DNA from: Auanema rhodensis
Lineage: Eukaryota; Animalia; Nematoda
Assembly (NCBI GenBank): GCA_964057225.1
Contig: OZ059898.1
Location: forward strand, 18,786,001 to 18,850,000
DNA length: 64,000 nt
Direction of reading: 5' to 3'
Shown: positions 28,101-41,639 of the stretch, in pieces
How the letters are laid out: every line of letters begins with the position of its first letter
Position numbering within the stretch: the stretch's first letter is position 1
Translations under genes and position numbers: made by a program
The notes under the pieces: generated by a model
Seen by the model: the letters and a program-made list of their open reading frames with translations, nothing else
What the model was told of the DNA's origin: nothing
The model's database searches: none

Positions 28101-31100
28101 TGCGGTTTTCAAATTTAGATTCCGCATGTCCATATTAGTCTAAAAACAAATTTTTATTGATATTGGTGCATGGCAACCATGACTTTAAAATTTACGTGTA
28201 CTTTAATTTATGCTAATTAAGTGTACACGTGATGTGCACTTGGAATGTAACTCGCTTCACGTGAAAGATAAATGGATGCGGTTTTCAAAATTAGATTCCT
28301 CATGTTCATATTAGTCTAAAAACGAATTTTTATTGATATTGATGCATGGTAACCATGACTTTAAAATTTACGTGAACTTTAATTTATGCTAATTAAGTGT
28401 ACACGTGATGTGCACTTGGAATGTAACTCGCTTCACGTGAAAGATAAAGAGATGCGGTTTTCAAAATTAGATTCCCCATGTCCATATTAGTCTAAAAACA
28501 AATTTTTATTGATATTGGTGCATGGTAACCATGACTTTGAAATTTACGTGAACTTTAATTTATGCTAATTAAGTGTACACATGATGTGCACTTGGTATGT
28601 AACTCGCTTCACGAGAAAGATAAAAAGATGCGGTTTTCAAATTTAGATTTCGCGTGTCCATATTAGTCTAAAAACAAATTTTTATTGATATTGGTGCATG
28701 GTAACCATGACTTTGAAATTTACGTGAACTTTAATTTATGCTAATTAAGTGTACACGTGATGTGCACTTGGTATGTAACTCGCTTCACGTGAAAGATAAA
28801 GAGATGCGGTTTTCAAAATTAGATTCCTCATGTTCATATTAGTCTAAAAGCGAATTTTTATTGATATTGATGCATGGTAACCATGACTTTAAAATTTACG
28901 TGAACTTTAATTTATGCTAATTAAGTGTACACATGATGTGCACTTGGTATGTAACTCGCTTCACGTCAAAGATAAAGAGATGCGGTTTTCAAAATTAGAT
29001 TCCACATGTCCATATTAGTCTAAAAACAAATTTTTATCGATATTGGTGCATGGTAACCATGACTTTGAAATTTACGTGAACTTTAATTTATGCTAATTAA
29101 GTGTACACATGATGTGCATTTGGTATGTAACTCGCTTCACGTGAAAGATAAAGAGATGCGGTTTTCAAAATTAGATTCCGCATGTCCATATTAGTCTAAA
29201 AACAAATTTTTATTGATATTGGTGCATGGTAACCATGACTTTGAAATTTACGTGAACTTTAATTTATGCTAATTAAGTGTACACGTGATGTGCACTTGGT
29301 ATGTAACTCGCTTCACGTGAAAGATAAAGAGATGCGGTTTTCAAAATTAGATTCCGCATGTCCATATTAGTCTAAAAACAAATTTTTATTGATATTGGTG
29401 CATGGTAACCATGACTTTGAAATTTACGTGAACTTTAATTTATGCTAATTAAGTGTACACGTGATGTGCACTTGGTATGTAACTCGCTTCACGTGAAAGA
29501 TAAAGAGATGCGGTTTTCAAAATTAGATTCCTCATGTTCATATTAGTCTAAAAGCGAATTTTTATTGATATTGATGCATGGTAACCATGACTTTAAAATT
29601 TACGTGAACTTTAATTTATGCTAATTAAGTGTACACATGATGTGCACTTGGTATGTAACTCGCTTCACGTCAAAGATAAAGAGATGCGGTTTTCAAAATT
29701 AGATTCCCCATGTCCATATTAGTCTAAAAACAAATTTTTATCGATATTGGTGCATGGTAACCATGACTTTGAAATTTACGTGAACTTTAATTTATGCTAA
29801 TTAAGTGTACACATGATGTGCATTTGGTATGTAACTCGCTTCACGTGAAAGATAAAGAGATGCGGTTTTCAAAATTAGATTCCGCATGTCCATATTAGTC
29901 TAAAAACAAATTTTTATTGATATTGGTGCATGGTAACCATGACTTTGAAATTTACGTGAACTTTAATTTATGCTAATTAAGTGTACACGTGATGTGCACT
30001 TGGTATGTAACTCGCTTCACGTGAAAGATAAAGAGATGCGGTTTTCAAAATTAGATTCCGCATGTCCATATTAGTCTAAAAACAAATTTTTATTGATATT
30101 GGTGCATGGTAACCATGACTTTGAAATTTACGTGAACTTTAATTTATGCTAATTAAGTGTACACATGATGTGCACTTGGTATGTAACTCGCTTCACGTGA
30201 AAGATAAAGAGATGCGGTTTTCAAAATTAGATTCCCCATGTCCATATTAGTCTAAAAACATATTTTTATTGATATTGGTGCATGGTAACCATGACTTTAA
30301 AATTTACGTGTACTTTAATTTATGCTAATTAAGTGTACACATGATGTGCACTTGGTATGTAACTCGCTTCACGTGAAAGATAAAGTGATGCGGTTTTCAA
30401 AATTAGATTCCCCATGTCCATATTAGTCTAAAAACATATTTTTATTGATATTGGTGCATGGTAACCATGACTTTAAAATTTACGTGTACTTTAATTTATG
30501 CTAATTAAGTGTACACATGATGTGCACTTGGTATGTAACTCGCTTCACGTGAAAGATAAAGAGATGCGGTTTTCAAAATTAGATTCCCCATGTCCATATT
30601 AGTCTAAAAACATATTTTTATTGATATTGGTGCATGGTAACCATGACTTTAAAATTTACGTGTACTTTAATTTATGCTAATTAAGTGTACACATGATGTG
30701 CACTTGGTATGTAACTCGCTTCACGTGAAAGATAAAGAGATGCGGTTTTCAAAATTAGATTCCCCATGTCCATATTAGTCTAAAAACATATTTTTATTGA
30801 TATTGGTGCATGGTAACCATGACTTTAAAATTTACGTGTACTTTAATTTATGCTAATTAAGTGTACACATGATGTGCACTTGGTATGTAACTCGCTTCAC
30901 GTGAAAGATAAAGTGATGCGGTTTTCAAAATTAGATTCCGCATGTCCATATTAGTCTAAAAACAAATTTTTATTGATATTGGTGCATGGTAACCATGACT
31001 TTGAAATTTACGTGAACTTTAATTTATGCTAATTAAGTGTACACATGATGTGCACTTGGTATGTAACTCGCTTCACGTGAAAGATAAAGAGATGCGGTTT

Positions 31101-32203
31101 TCAAAATTAGATTCCCCATGTCCATATTAGTCTAAAAACATATTTTTATTGATATTGGTGCATGGTAACCATGACTTTGAAATTTACGTGAACTTTAATT
31201 TATGCTAATTAAGTGTACACATGATGTGCACTTGGTATGTAACTCGCTTCACGTGAAAGATAAAGAGATGCGGTTTTCAAAATTAGATTCCCCATGTCCA
31301 TATTAGTCTAAAAACATATTTTTATTGATATTGGTGCATGGTAACCATGACTTTAAAATTTACGTGTACTTTAATTTATGCTAATTAAGTGTACACATGA
31401 TGTGCACTTGGTATGTAACTCGCTTCACGTGAAAGATAAAGAGATGCGGTTTTCAAAATTAGATTCCGCATGTCCATATTAGTCTAAAAACAAATTTTTA
31501 TTGATATTGGTGCATGGTAACCATGACTTTGAAATTTACGTGAACTTTAATTTATGCTAATTAAGTGTACACGTGATGTGCACTTGGTATGTAACTCGCT
31601 TCACGTGAAAGATAAAGAGATGCGGTTTTCAAAATTAGATTCCGCATGTCCATATTAGTCTAAAAACAAATTTTTATTGATATTGGTGCATGGTAACCAT
31701 GACTTTGAAATTTACGTGAACTTTAATTTATGCTAATTAAGTGTACACGTGATGTGCACTTGGTATGTAACTCGCTTCACGTGAAAGATAAAGAGATGCG
31801 GTTTTCAAAATTAGATTCCTCATGTTCATATTAGTCTAAAAGCGAATTTTTATTGATATTGATGCATGGTAACCATGACTTTAAAATTTACGTGAACTTT
31901 AATTTATGCTAATTAAGTGTACACATGATGTGCACTTGGTATGTAACTCGCTTCACGTCAAAGATAAAGAGATGCGGTTTTCAAAATTAGATTCCCCATG
32001 TCCATATTAGTCTAAAAACAAATTTTTATCGATATTGGTGCATGGTAACCATGACTTTGAAATTTACGTGAACTTTAATTTATGCTAATTAAGTGTACAC
32101 ATGATGTGCATTTGGTATGTAACTCGCTTCACGTGAAAGATAAAGAGATGCGGTTTTCAAAATTAGATTCCGCATGTCCATATTAGTCTAAAAACAAATT
32201 TTT
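17389..32203. repeat. Tandem duplication of a 42-monomer block (7392 bp)
   Basis: Rare markers each occur twice, exactly 7392 bp apart: ATAATATTGG (monomers at 17425/24817), GCGCTTTTC 19831/27223, TCCACATG 21611/29003, and TCAACG monomers at 20241/27633. Confidence 0.93.
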
Positions 32204-32674
32204 ATTGATATTGGTGCATGGTAACCATGACTTTGAAATTTACGTGAACTTTAATTTATGCTAATTAAGTGTACACGTGATGTGCACTTGGTATGTAACT
32301 CGCTTCACGTGAAAGATAAAGAGATGCGGTTTTCAAAATTAGATTCCGCATGTTCATATTAGTCTAAAAACGAATTTTTATTGATATTGATGCATGGTAA
32401 CCATGACTTTAAAATTTACGTGAACTTTAATTTATGCTAATTAAGTGTACACGTGATGTGCACTTGGAATGTAACTCGCTTCACGTGAAAGATAAAGAGA
32501 TGCGGTTTTCAAAATTAGATTCCCCATGTCCATATTAGTCTAAAAACATATTTTTATTGATATTGGTGCATGGTAACCATGACTTTAAAATTTACGTGTA
32601 CTTTAATTTATGCTAATTAAGTGTACACATGATGTGCACTTGGTATGTAACTCGCTTCACGTGAAAGATAAAGT

Positions 32675-35600
32675 GATGCGGTTTTCAAAATTAGATTCCC
32701 CATGTCCATATTAGTCTTAAAAACAAATTTTTATTGATATTGGTGCATGGTAACCATGACTTTGAAATTTACGTGAACTTTAATTTATGCTAATTAAGTG
32801 TACACGTGATGTGCACTTGGTATGTAACTCGCTTCACGTGAAAGATAAAGAGATGCGGTTTTCAAAATTAGATTCCCCATGTCCATATTAGTCTAAAAAC
32901 AAATTTTTATTGATATTGGTGCATGGTAACCATGACTTTGAAATTTACGTGAACTTTAATTTATGCTAATTAAGTGTACACGTGATGTGCACTTGGTATG
33001 TAACTCGCTTCACGTGAAAGATAAAGAGATGCGGTTTTCAAAATTAGATTCCCCATGTCCATATTAGTCTAAAAACAAATTTTTATTGATATTGGTGCAT
33101 GGTAACCATGACTTTGAAATTTACGTGAACTTTAATTTATGCTAATTAAGTGTACACATGATGTGCACTTGGTATGTAACTCGCTTCACGAGAAAGATAA
33201 AAAGATGTGGTTTTCAAATTTCGATTTCGCGTGTCCATATTAGTCTAAAAACAAATTTTTATTGATATTGGTGCATGGTAACCATGACTTTGAAATTTAC
33301 GTGAACTTTAATTTATGCTAATTAAGTGTACAAGTGATGTGCACTTGGTATGTAACTCGCTTCACGTGAAAGATAAAGAGATGCGGTTTTCAAAATTAGA
33401 TTCCCCATGTCCATATTAGTCTAAAAACATATTTTTATTGATATTGGTGCATGGTAACCATGACTTTAAAATTTACGTGTACTTTAATTTATGCTAATTA
33501 AGTGTACACATGATGTGCACTTGGTATGTAACTCGCTTCACGTGAAAGATAAAGAGATGCGGTTTTCAAAATTAGATTCCCCATGTCCATATTAGTCTAA
33601 AAACAAAATTTTATTGATTTTGGTGCATGGCAACCATGACTTTAAAATTTACGTGTACTTTAATTTATGCTAATTAAGTGTACACATGATGTGCACTTGG
33701 TATGTAACTCGCTTCACGTGAAAGATAAAGTGATGCGGTTTTCAAAATTAGATTCCCCATGTCCATATTAGTCTAAAAACAAATTCTTATTGATATTGGT
33801 GCATGGTAACCATGACTTTGAAATTTACGTGAACTTTAATTTATGCTAATTAAGTGTACACATGATGTGCACTTGGTATGTAACTCGCTTCACGTGAAAG
33901 ATAAAGAGATGCGGTTTTCAAAATTAGATTTCGCATGTCCATATTAGTCTAAAAACAAATTTTTATTGATATTGGTGCATGGCAACCATGACTTTAAAAT
34001 TCACGTGTACTTTAATTTATGCTAATTAAGTGTACACATGATGTGCACTTGGTATGTAACTCGCTTCACGTGAAAGATAAAGAGATGCGGTTTTCAAAAT
34101 TAGATTCCCCATGTTCATATTAGTCTAAAAACGAATTTTTATTGATATTGGTGCATAACAACCATGACTTTAAAATTTACGTGTACTTTAATTTATGCTA
34201 ATTAAGTGTACACATGATGTGCACTTGGTATGTAACTCGCTTCACGTGAAAGATAAAGTGATGCGGTTTTCAAAATTAGATTCCGCATGTCCATATTAGT
34301 CTAAAAACAAATTTTTATTGATATTGGTGCATGGTAACCATGACTTTGAAATTTACGTGAACTTTAATTTATGCTAATTAAGTGTACACGTGATGTGCAC
34401 TTGGTATGTAACTCGCTTCACGTGAAAGATAAAGAGATGCGGTTTTCAAAATTAGATTCCGCATGTCCATATTAGTCTAACAACAAATTTTTATTGATAT
34501 TGGTGCATGGTAACCATGACTTTGAAATTTACGTGAACTTTAATTTATGCTAATCAAGTGTACACATGATGTGCACTTGGTATGTAACTCGCTTCACGTG
34601 AAAGAGAAAGTGATGCGGTTTTCAAAATTAGATTCCGCATGTCCATATTAGTCTAAAAACAAATTTTTATTGATATTGGTGCATGGTAACCATGACTTTG
34701 AAATTTACGTGAACTTTAATTTATGCTAATTAAGTGTACACATGATGTGCACTTGGTATGTAACTCGCTTCACGAGAAAGATAAAAAGATGCGGTTTTCA
34801 AATTTCGATTTCGCGTGTCCATATTAGTCTAAAAACAAATTTTTATTGATATTGGTGCATGGTAACCATGACTTTGAAATTTACGTGAACTTTAATTTAT
34901 GCTAATTAAGTGTACACGTGATGTGCACTTGGTATGTAACTCGCTTCACGTGAAAGATAAAGAGATGCGGTTTTCAAAATTAGATTCCCCATGTCCATAT
35001 TAGTCTAAAAACATATTTTTATTGATATTGGTGCATGGTAACCATGACTTTAAAATTTACGTGTACTTTAATTTATGCTAATTAAGTGTACACATGATGT
35101 GCACTTGGTATGTAACTCGCTTCACGAGAAAGATAAAAAGATGTGGTTTTCAAATTTCGATTTCGCGTGTCCATATTAGTCTAAAAACATATTTTTATTG
35201 ATATTGGTGCATGGTAACCATGACTTTAAAATTTACGTGTACTTTAATTTATGCTAATTAAGTGTACACATGATGTGCACTTGGTATGTAACTCGCTTCA
35301 CGTGAAAGATAAAGAGATGCGGTTTTCAAAATTAGATTCCCCATGTCCATATTAGTCTAAAAACAAAATTTTATTGATATTGGTGCATGGCAACCATGAC
35401 TTTAAAATTTACGTGTACTTTAATTTATGCTAATTAAGTGTACACATGATGTGCACTTGGTATGTAACTCGCTTCACGTGAAAGATAAAGTGATGCGGTT
35501 TTCAAAATTAGATTCCCCATGTCCATATTAGTCTAAAAACAAATTCTTATTGATATTGGTGCATGGTAACCATGACTTTGAAATTTACGTGAACTTTAAT

Positions 35601-38600
35601 TTATGCTAATTAAGTGTACACATGATGTGCACTTGGTATGTAACTCGCTTCACGAGAAAGATAAAAAGATGTGGTTTTCAAATTTCGATTTCGCGTGTCC
35701 ATATTAGTCTAAAAACAAATTTTTATTGATATTGGTGCATGGTAACCATGACTTTGAAATTTACGTGAACTTTAATTTATGCTAATTAAGTGTACACGTG
35801 ATGTGCACTTGGTATGTAACTCGCTTCACGTGAAAGATAAAGAGATGCGGTTTTCAAAATTAGATTCCCCATGTCCATATTAGTCTTAAAAACAAATTTT
35901 TATTGATATTGGTGCATGGTAACCATGACTTTGAAATTTACGTGAACTTTAATTTATGCTAATTAAGTGTACACGTGATGTGCACTTGGTATGTAACTCG
36001 CTTCACGTGAAAGATAAAGAGATGCGGTTTTCAAAATTAGATTCCCCATGTCCATATTAGTCTAAAAACAAATTTTTATTGATATTGGTGCATGGTAACC
36101 ATGACTTTGAAATTTACGTGAACTTTAATTTATGCTAATTAAGTGTACACGTGATGTGCACTTGGTATGTAACTCGCTTCACGTGAAAGATAAAGAGATG
36201 CGGTTTTCAAAATTAGATTCCCCATGTCCATATTAGTCTAAAAACAAATTTTTATTGATATTGGTGCATGGTAACCATGACTTTGAAATTTACGTGAACT
36301 TTAATTTATGCTAATTAAGTGTACACATGATGTGCACTTGGTATGTAACTCGCTTCACGAGAAAGATAAAAAGATGTGGTTTTCAAATTTCGATTTCGCG
36401 TGTCCATATTAGTCTAAAAACAAATTTTTATTGATATTGGTGCATGGTAACCATGACTTTGAAATTTACGTGAACTTTAATTTATGCTAATTAAGTGTAC
36501 ACGTGATGTGCACTTGGTATGTAACTCGCTTCACGTGAAAGATAAAGAGATGCGGTTTTCAAAATTAGATTCCCCATGTCCATATTAGTCTAAAAACATA
36601 TTTTTATTGATATTGGTGCATGGTAACCATGACTTTAAAATTTACGTGTACTTTAATTTATGCTAATTAAGTGTACACATGATGTGCACTTGGTATGTAA
36701 CTCGCTTCACGTGAAAGATAAAGAGATGCGGTTTTCAAAATTAGATTCCCCATGTCCATATTAGTCTAAAAACAAAATTTTATTGATTTTGGTGCATGGC
36801 AACCATGACTTTAAAATTTACGTGTACTTTAATTTATGCTAATTAAGTGTACACATGATGTGCACTTGGTATGTAACTCGCTTCACGTGAAAGATAAAGT
36901 GATGCGGTTTTCAAAATTAGATTCCCCATGTCCATATTAGTCTAAAAACAAATTCTTATTGATATTGGTGCATGGTAACCATGACTTTGAAATTTACGTG
37001 AACTTTAATTTATGCTAATTAAGTGTACACATGATGTGCACTTGGTATGTAACTCGCTTCACGTGAAAGATAAAGAGATGCGGTTTTCAAAATTAGATTT
37101 CGCATGTCCATATTAGTCTAAAAACAAATTTTTATTGATATTGGTGCATGGCAACCATGACTTTAAAATTCACGTGTACTTTAATTTATGCTAATTAAGT
37201 GTACACATGATGTGCACTTGGTATGTAACTCGCTTCACGTGAAAGATAAAGAGATGCGGTTTTCAAAATTAGATTCCCCATGTTCATATTAGTCTAAAAA
37301 CGAATTTTTATTGATATTGGTGCATAACAACCATGACTTTAAAATTTACGTGTACTTTAATTTATGCTAATTAAGTGTACACATGATGTGCACTTGGTAT
37401 GTAACTCGCTTCACGTGAAAGATAAAGTGATGCGGTTTTCAAAATTAGATTCCGCATGTCCATATTAGTCTAAAAACAAATTTTTATTGATATTGGTGCA
37501 TGGTAACCATGACTTTGAAATTTACGTGAACTTTAATTTATGCTAATTAAGTGTACACGTGATGTGCACTTGGTATGTAACTCGCTTCACGTGAAAGATA
37601 AAGAGATGCGGTTTTCAAAATTAGATTCCGCATGTCCATATTAGTCTAACAACAAATTTTTATTGATATTGGTGCATGGTAACCATGACTTTGAAATTTA
37701 CGTGAACTTTAATTTATGCTAATTAAGTGTACACATGATGTGCACTTGGTATGTAACTCGCTTCACGTGAAAGAGAAAGTGATGCGGTTTTCAAAATTAG
37801 ATTCCGCATGTCCATATTAGTCTAAAAACAAATTTTTATTGATATTGGTGCATGGTAACCATGACTTTGAAATTTACGTGAACTTTAATTTATGCTAATT
37901 AAGTGTACACATGATGTGCACTTGGTATGTAACTCGCTTCACGAGAAAGATAAAAAGATGCGGTTTTCAAATTTCGATTTCGCGTGTCCATATTAGTCTA
38001 AAAACAAATTTTTATTGATATTGGTGCATGGTAACCATGACTTTGAAATTTACGTGAACTTTAATTTATGCTAATTAAGTGTACACGTGATGTGCACTTG
38101 GTATGTAACTCGCTTCACGTGAAAGATAAAGAGATGCGGTTTTCAAAATTAGATTCCCCATGTCCATATTAGTCTAAAAACATATTTTTATTGATATTGG
38201 TGCATGGTAACCATGACTTTAAAATTTACGTGTACTTTAATTTATGCTAATTAAGTGTACACATGATGTGCACTTGGTATGTAACTCGCTTCACGAGAAA
38301 GATAAAAAGATGTGGTTTTCAAATTTCGATTTCGCGTGTCCATATTAGTCTAAAAACATATTTTTATTGATATTGGTGCATGGTAACCATGACTTTAAAA
38401 TTTACGTGTACTTTAATTTATGCTAATTAAGTGTACACATGATGTGCACTTGGTATGTAACTCGCTTCACGTGAAAGATAAAGAGATGCGGTTTTCAAAA
38501 TTAGATTCCCCATGTCCATATTAGTCTAAAAACAAAATTTTATTGATATTGGTGCATGGCAACCATGACTTTAAAATTTACGTGTACTTTAATTTATGCT

Positions 38601-39054
38601 AATTAAGTGTACACATGATGTGCACTTGGTATGTAACTCGCTTCACGTGAAAGATAAAGTGATGCGGTTTTCAAAATTAGATTCCCCATGTCCATATTAG
38701 TCTAAAAACAAATTCTTATTGATATTGGTGCATGGTAACCATGACTTTGAAATTTACGTGAACTTTAATTTATGCTAATTAAGTGTACACATGATGTGCA
38801 CTTGGTATGTAACTCGCTTCACGAGAAAGATAAAAAGATGTGGTTTTCAAATTTCGATTTCGCGTGTCCATATTAGTCTAAAAACAAATTTTTATTGATA
38901 TTGGTGCATGGTAACCATGACTTTGAAATTTACGTGAACTTTAATTTATGCTAATTAAGTGTACACGTGATGTGCACTTGGTATGTAACTCGCTTCACGT
39001 GAAAGATAAAGAGATGCGGTTTTCAAAATTAGATTCCCCATGTCCATATTAGTC
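32675..39054. repeat. Tandem duplication of an 18-monomer block (3169 bp, including a 1-bp T insertion)
   Basis: Markers at a 3169 offset: GTCTTAAA insertion 32717/35886, GATTTTGG 33619/36788, CTAACAAC 34481/37650, AAGAGAAAG 34606/37775. Private SNPs at 33333 and 34555 in copy 1. Confidence 0.92.
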
Positions 39055-41639
39055 TAAAAACATATTTTTATTGATATTGGTGCATGGTAACCATGACTTT
39101 GAAATTTACGTGAACTTTAATTTATGCTAATTAAGTGTACACATGATGTGCACTTGGTATGTAACTCGCTTCACGTGAAAGATAAAGTGATGCGGTTTTC
39201 AAAATTAGATTCCGCATGTCCATATTAGTCTAAAAACAAATTTTTATTGATATTGGTGCATGGTAACCATGACTTTGAAATTTACGTGAACTTTAATTTA
39301 TGCTAATTAAGTGTACACATGATGTGCACTTGGTATGTAACTCGCTTCACGAGAAAGATAAAAAGATGCGGTTTTCAAATTTCGATTTCGCGTGTCCATA
39401 TTAGTCTAAAAACAAATTTTTATTGATATTGGTGCATGGTAACCATGACTTTGAAATTTACGTGAACTTTAATTTATGCTAATTAAGTGTACACGTGATG
39501 TGCACTTGGTATGTAACTCGCTTCACGTGAAAGATAAAGAGATGCGGTTTTCAAAATTAGATTCCCCATGTCCATATTAGTCTAAAAACATATTTTTATT
39601 GATATTGGTGCATGGTAACCATGACTTTAAAATTTACGTGTACTTTAATTTATGCTAATTAAGTGTACACATGATGTGCACTTGGTATGTAACTCGCTTC
39701 ACGAGAAAGATAAAAAGATGTGGTTTTCAAATTTCGATTTCGCGTGTCCATATTAGTCTAAAAACATATTTTTATTGATATTGGTGCATGGTAACCATGA
39801 CTTTAAAATTTACGTGTACTTTAATTTATGCTAATTAAGTGTACACATGATGTGCACTTGGTATGTAACTCGCTTCACGTGAAAGATAAAGAGATGCGGT
39901 TTTCAAAATTAGATTCCCCATGTCCATATTAGTCTAAAAACAAAATTTTATTGATATTGGTGCATGGCAACCATGACTTTAAAATTTACGTGTACTTTAA
40001 TTTATGCTAATTAAGTGTACACATGATGTGCACTTGGTATGTAACTCGCTTCACGTGAAAGATAAAGTGATGCGGTTTTCAAAATTAGATTCCCCATGTC
40101 CATATTAGTCTAAAAACAAATTCTTATTGATATTGGTGCATGGTAACCATGACTTTGAAATTTACGTGAACTTTAATTTATGCTAATTAAGTGTACACAT
40201 GATGTGCACTTGGTATGTAACTCGCTTCACGAGAAAGATAAAAAGATGTGGTTTTCAAATTTCGATTTCGCGTGTCCATATTAGTCTAAAAACAAATTTT
40301 TATTGATATTGGTGCATGGTAACCATGACTTTGAAATTTACGTGAACTTTAATTTATGCTAATTAAGTGTACACGTGATGTGCACTTGGTATGTAACTCG
40401 CTTCACGTGAAAGATAAAGAGATGCGGTTTTCAAAATTAGATTCCCCATGTCCATATTAGTCTAAAAACATATTTTTATTGATATTGGTGCATGGTAACC
40501 ATGACTTTGAAATTTACGTGAACTTTAATTTATGCTAATTAAGTGTACACATGATGTGCACTTGGTATGTAACTCGCTTCACGTGAAAGATAAAGTGATG
40601 CGGTTTTCAAAATTAGATTCCGCATGTCCATATTAGTCTAAAAACAAATTTTTATTGATATTGGTGCATGGTAACCATGACTTTGAAATTTACGTGAACT
40701 TTAATTTATGCTAATTAAGTGTACACATGATGTGCACTTGGTATGTAACTCGCTTCACGAGAAAGATAAAAAGATGCGGTTTTCAAATTTCGATTTCGCG
40801 TGTCCATATTAGTCTAAAAACAAATTTTTATTGATATTGGTGCATGGTAACCATGACTTTGAAATTTACGTGAACTTTAATTTATGCTAATTAAGTGTAC
40901 ACGTGATGTGCACTTGGTATGTAACTCGCTTCACGTGAAAGATAAAGAGATGCGGTTTTCAAAATTAGATTCCCCATGTCCATATTAGTCTAAAAACATA
41001 TTTTTATTGATATTGGTGCATGGTAACCATGACTTTAAAATTTACGTGTACTTTAATTTATGCTAATTAAGTGTACACATGATGTGCACTTGGTATGTAA
41101 CTCGCTTCACGAGAAAGATAAAAAGATGTGGTTTTCAAATTTCGATTTCGCGTGTCCATATTAGTCTAAAAACATATTTTTATTGATATTGGTGCATGGT
41201 AACCATGACTTTAAAATTTACGTGTACTTTAATTTATGCTAATTAAGTGTACACATGATGTGCACTTGGTATGTAACTCGCTTCACGTGAAAGATAAAGA
41301 GATGCGGTTTTCAAAATTAGATTCCCCATGTCCATATTAGTCTAAAAACAAAATTTTATTGATTTTGGTGCATGGCAACCATGACTTTAAAATTTACGTG
41401 TACTTTAATTTATGCTAATTAAGTGTACACATGATGTGCACTTGGTATGTAACTCGCTTCACGTGAAAGATAAAGTGATGCGGTTTTCAAAATTAGATTC
41501 CCCATGTCCATATTAGTCTAAAAACAAATTCTTATTGATATTGGTGCATGGTAACCATGACTTTGAAATTTACGTGAACTTTAATTTATGCTAATTAAGT
41601 GTACACATGATGTGCACTTGGTATGTAACTCGCTTCACG
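37780..41639. repeat. 8-monomer HOR (1408 bp), ~2.7 copies
   Basis: ATTCTTATT at 38715, 40123 and 41531. The same order of TTTCGATTTCGCGTG, AACATATT and AAAATTTT monomers repeats from 37667, 39075 and 40483. Confidence 0.85.

Noticed and set aside
33218-33236. CENP-B box-like motif in the TTTCGATTTCGCGTG variant
   Set aside because: It has TTCG but lacks the A and CGGG of the NTTCGNNNNANNCGGGN core, so it is not a match.
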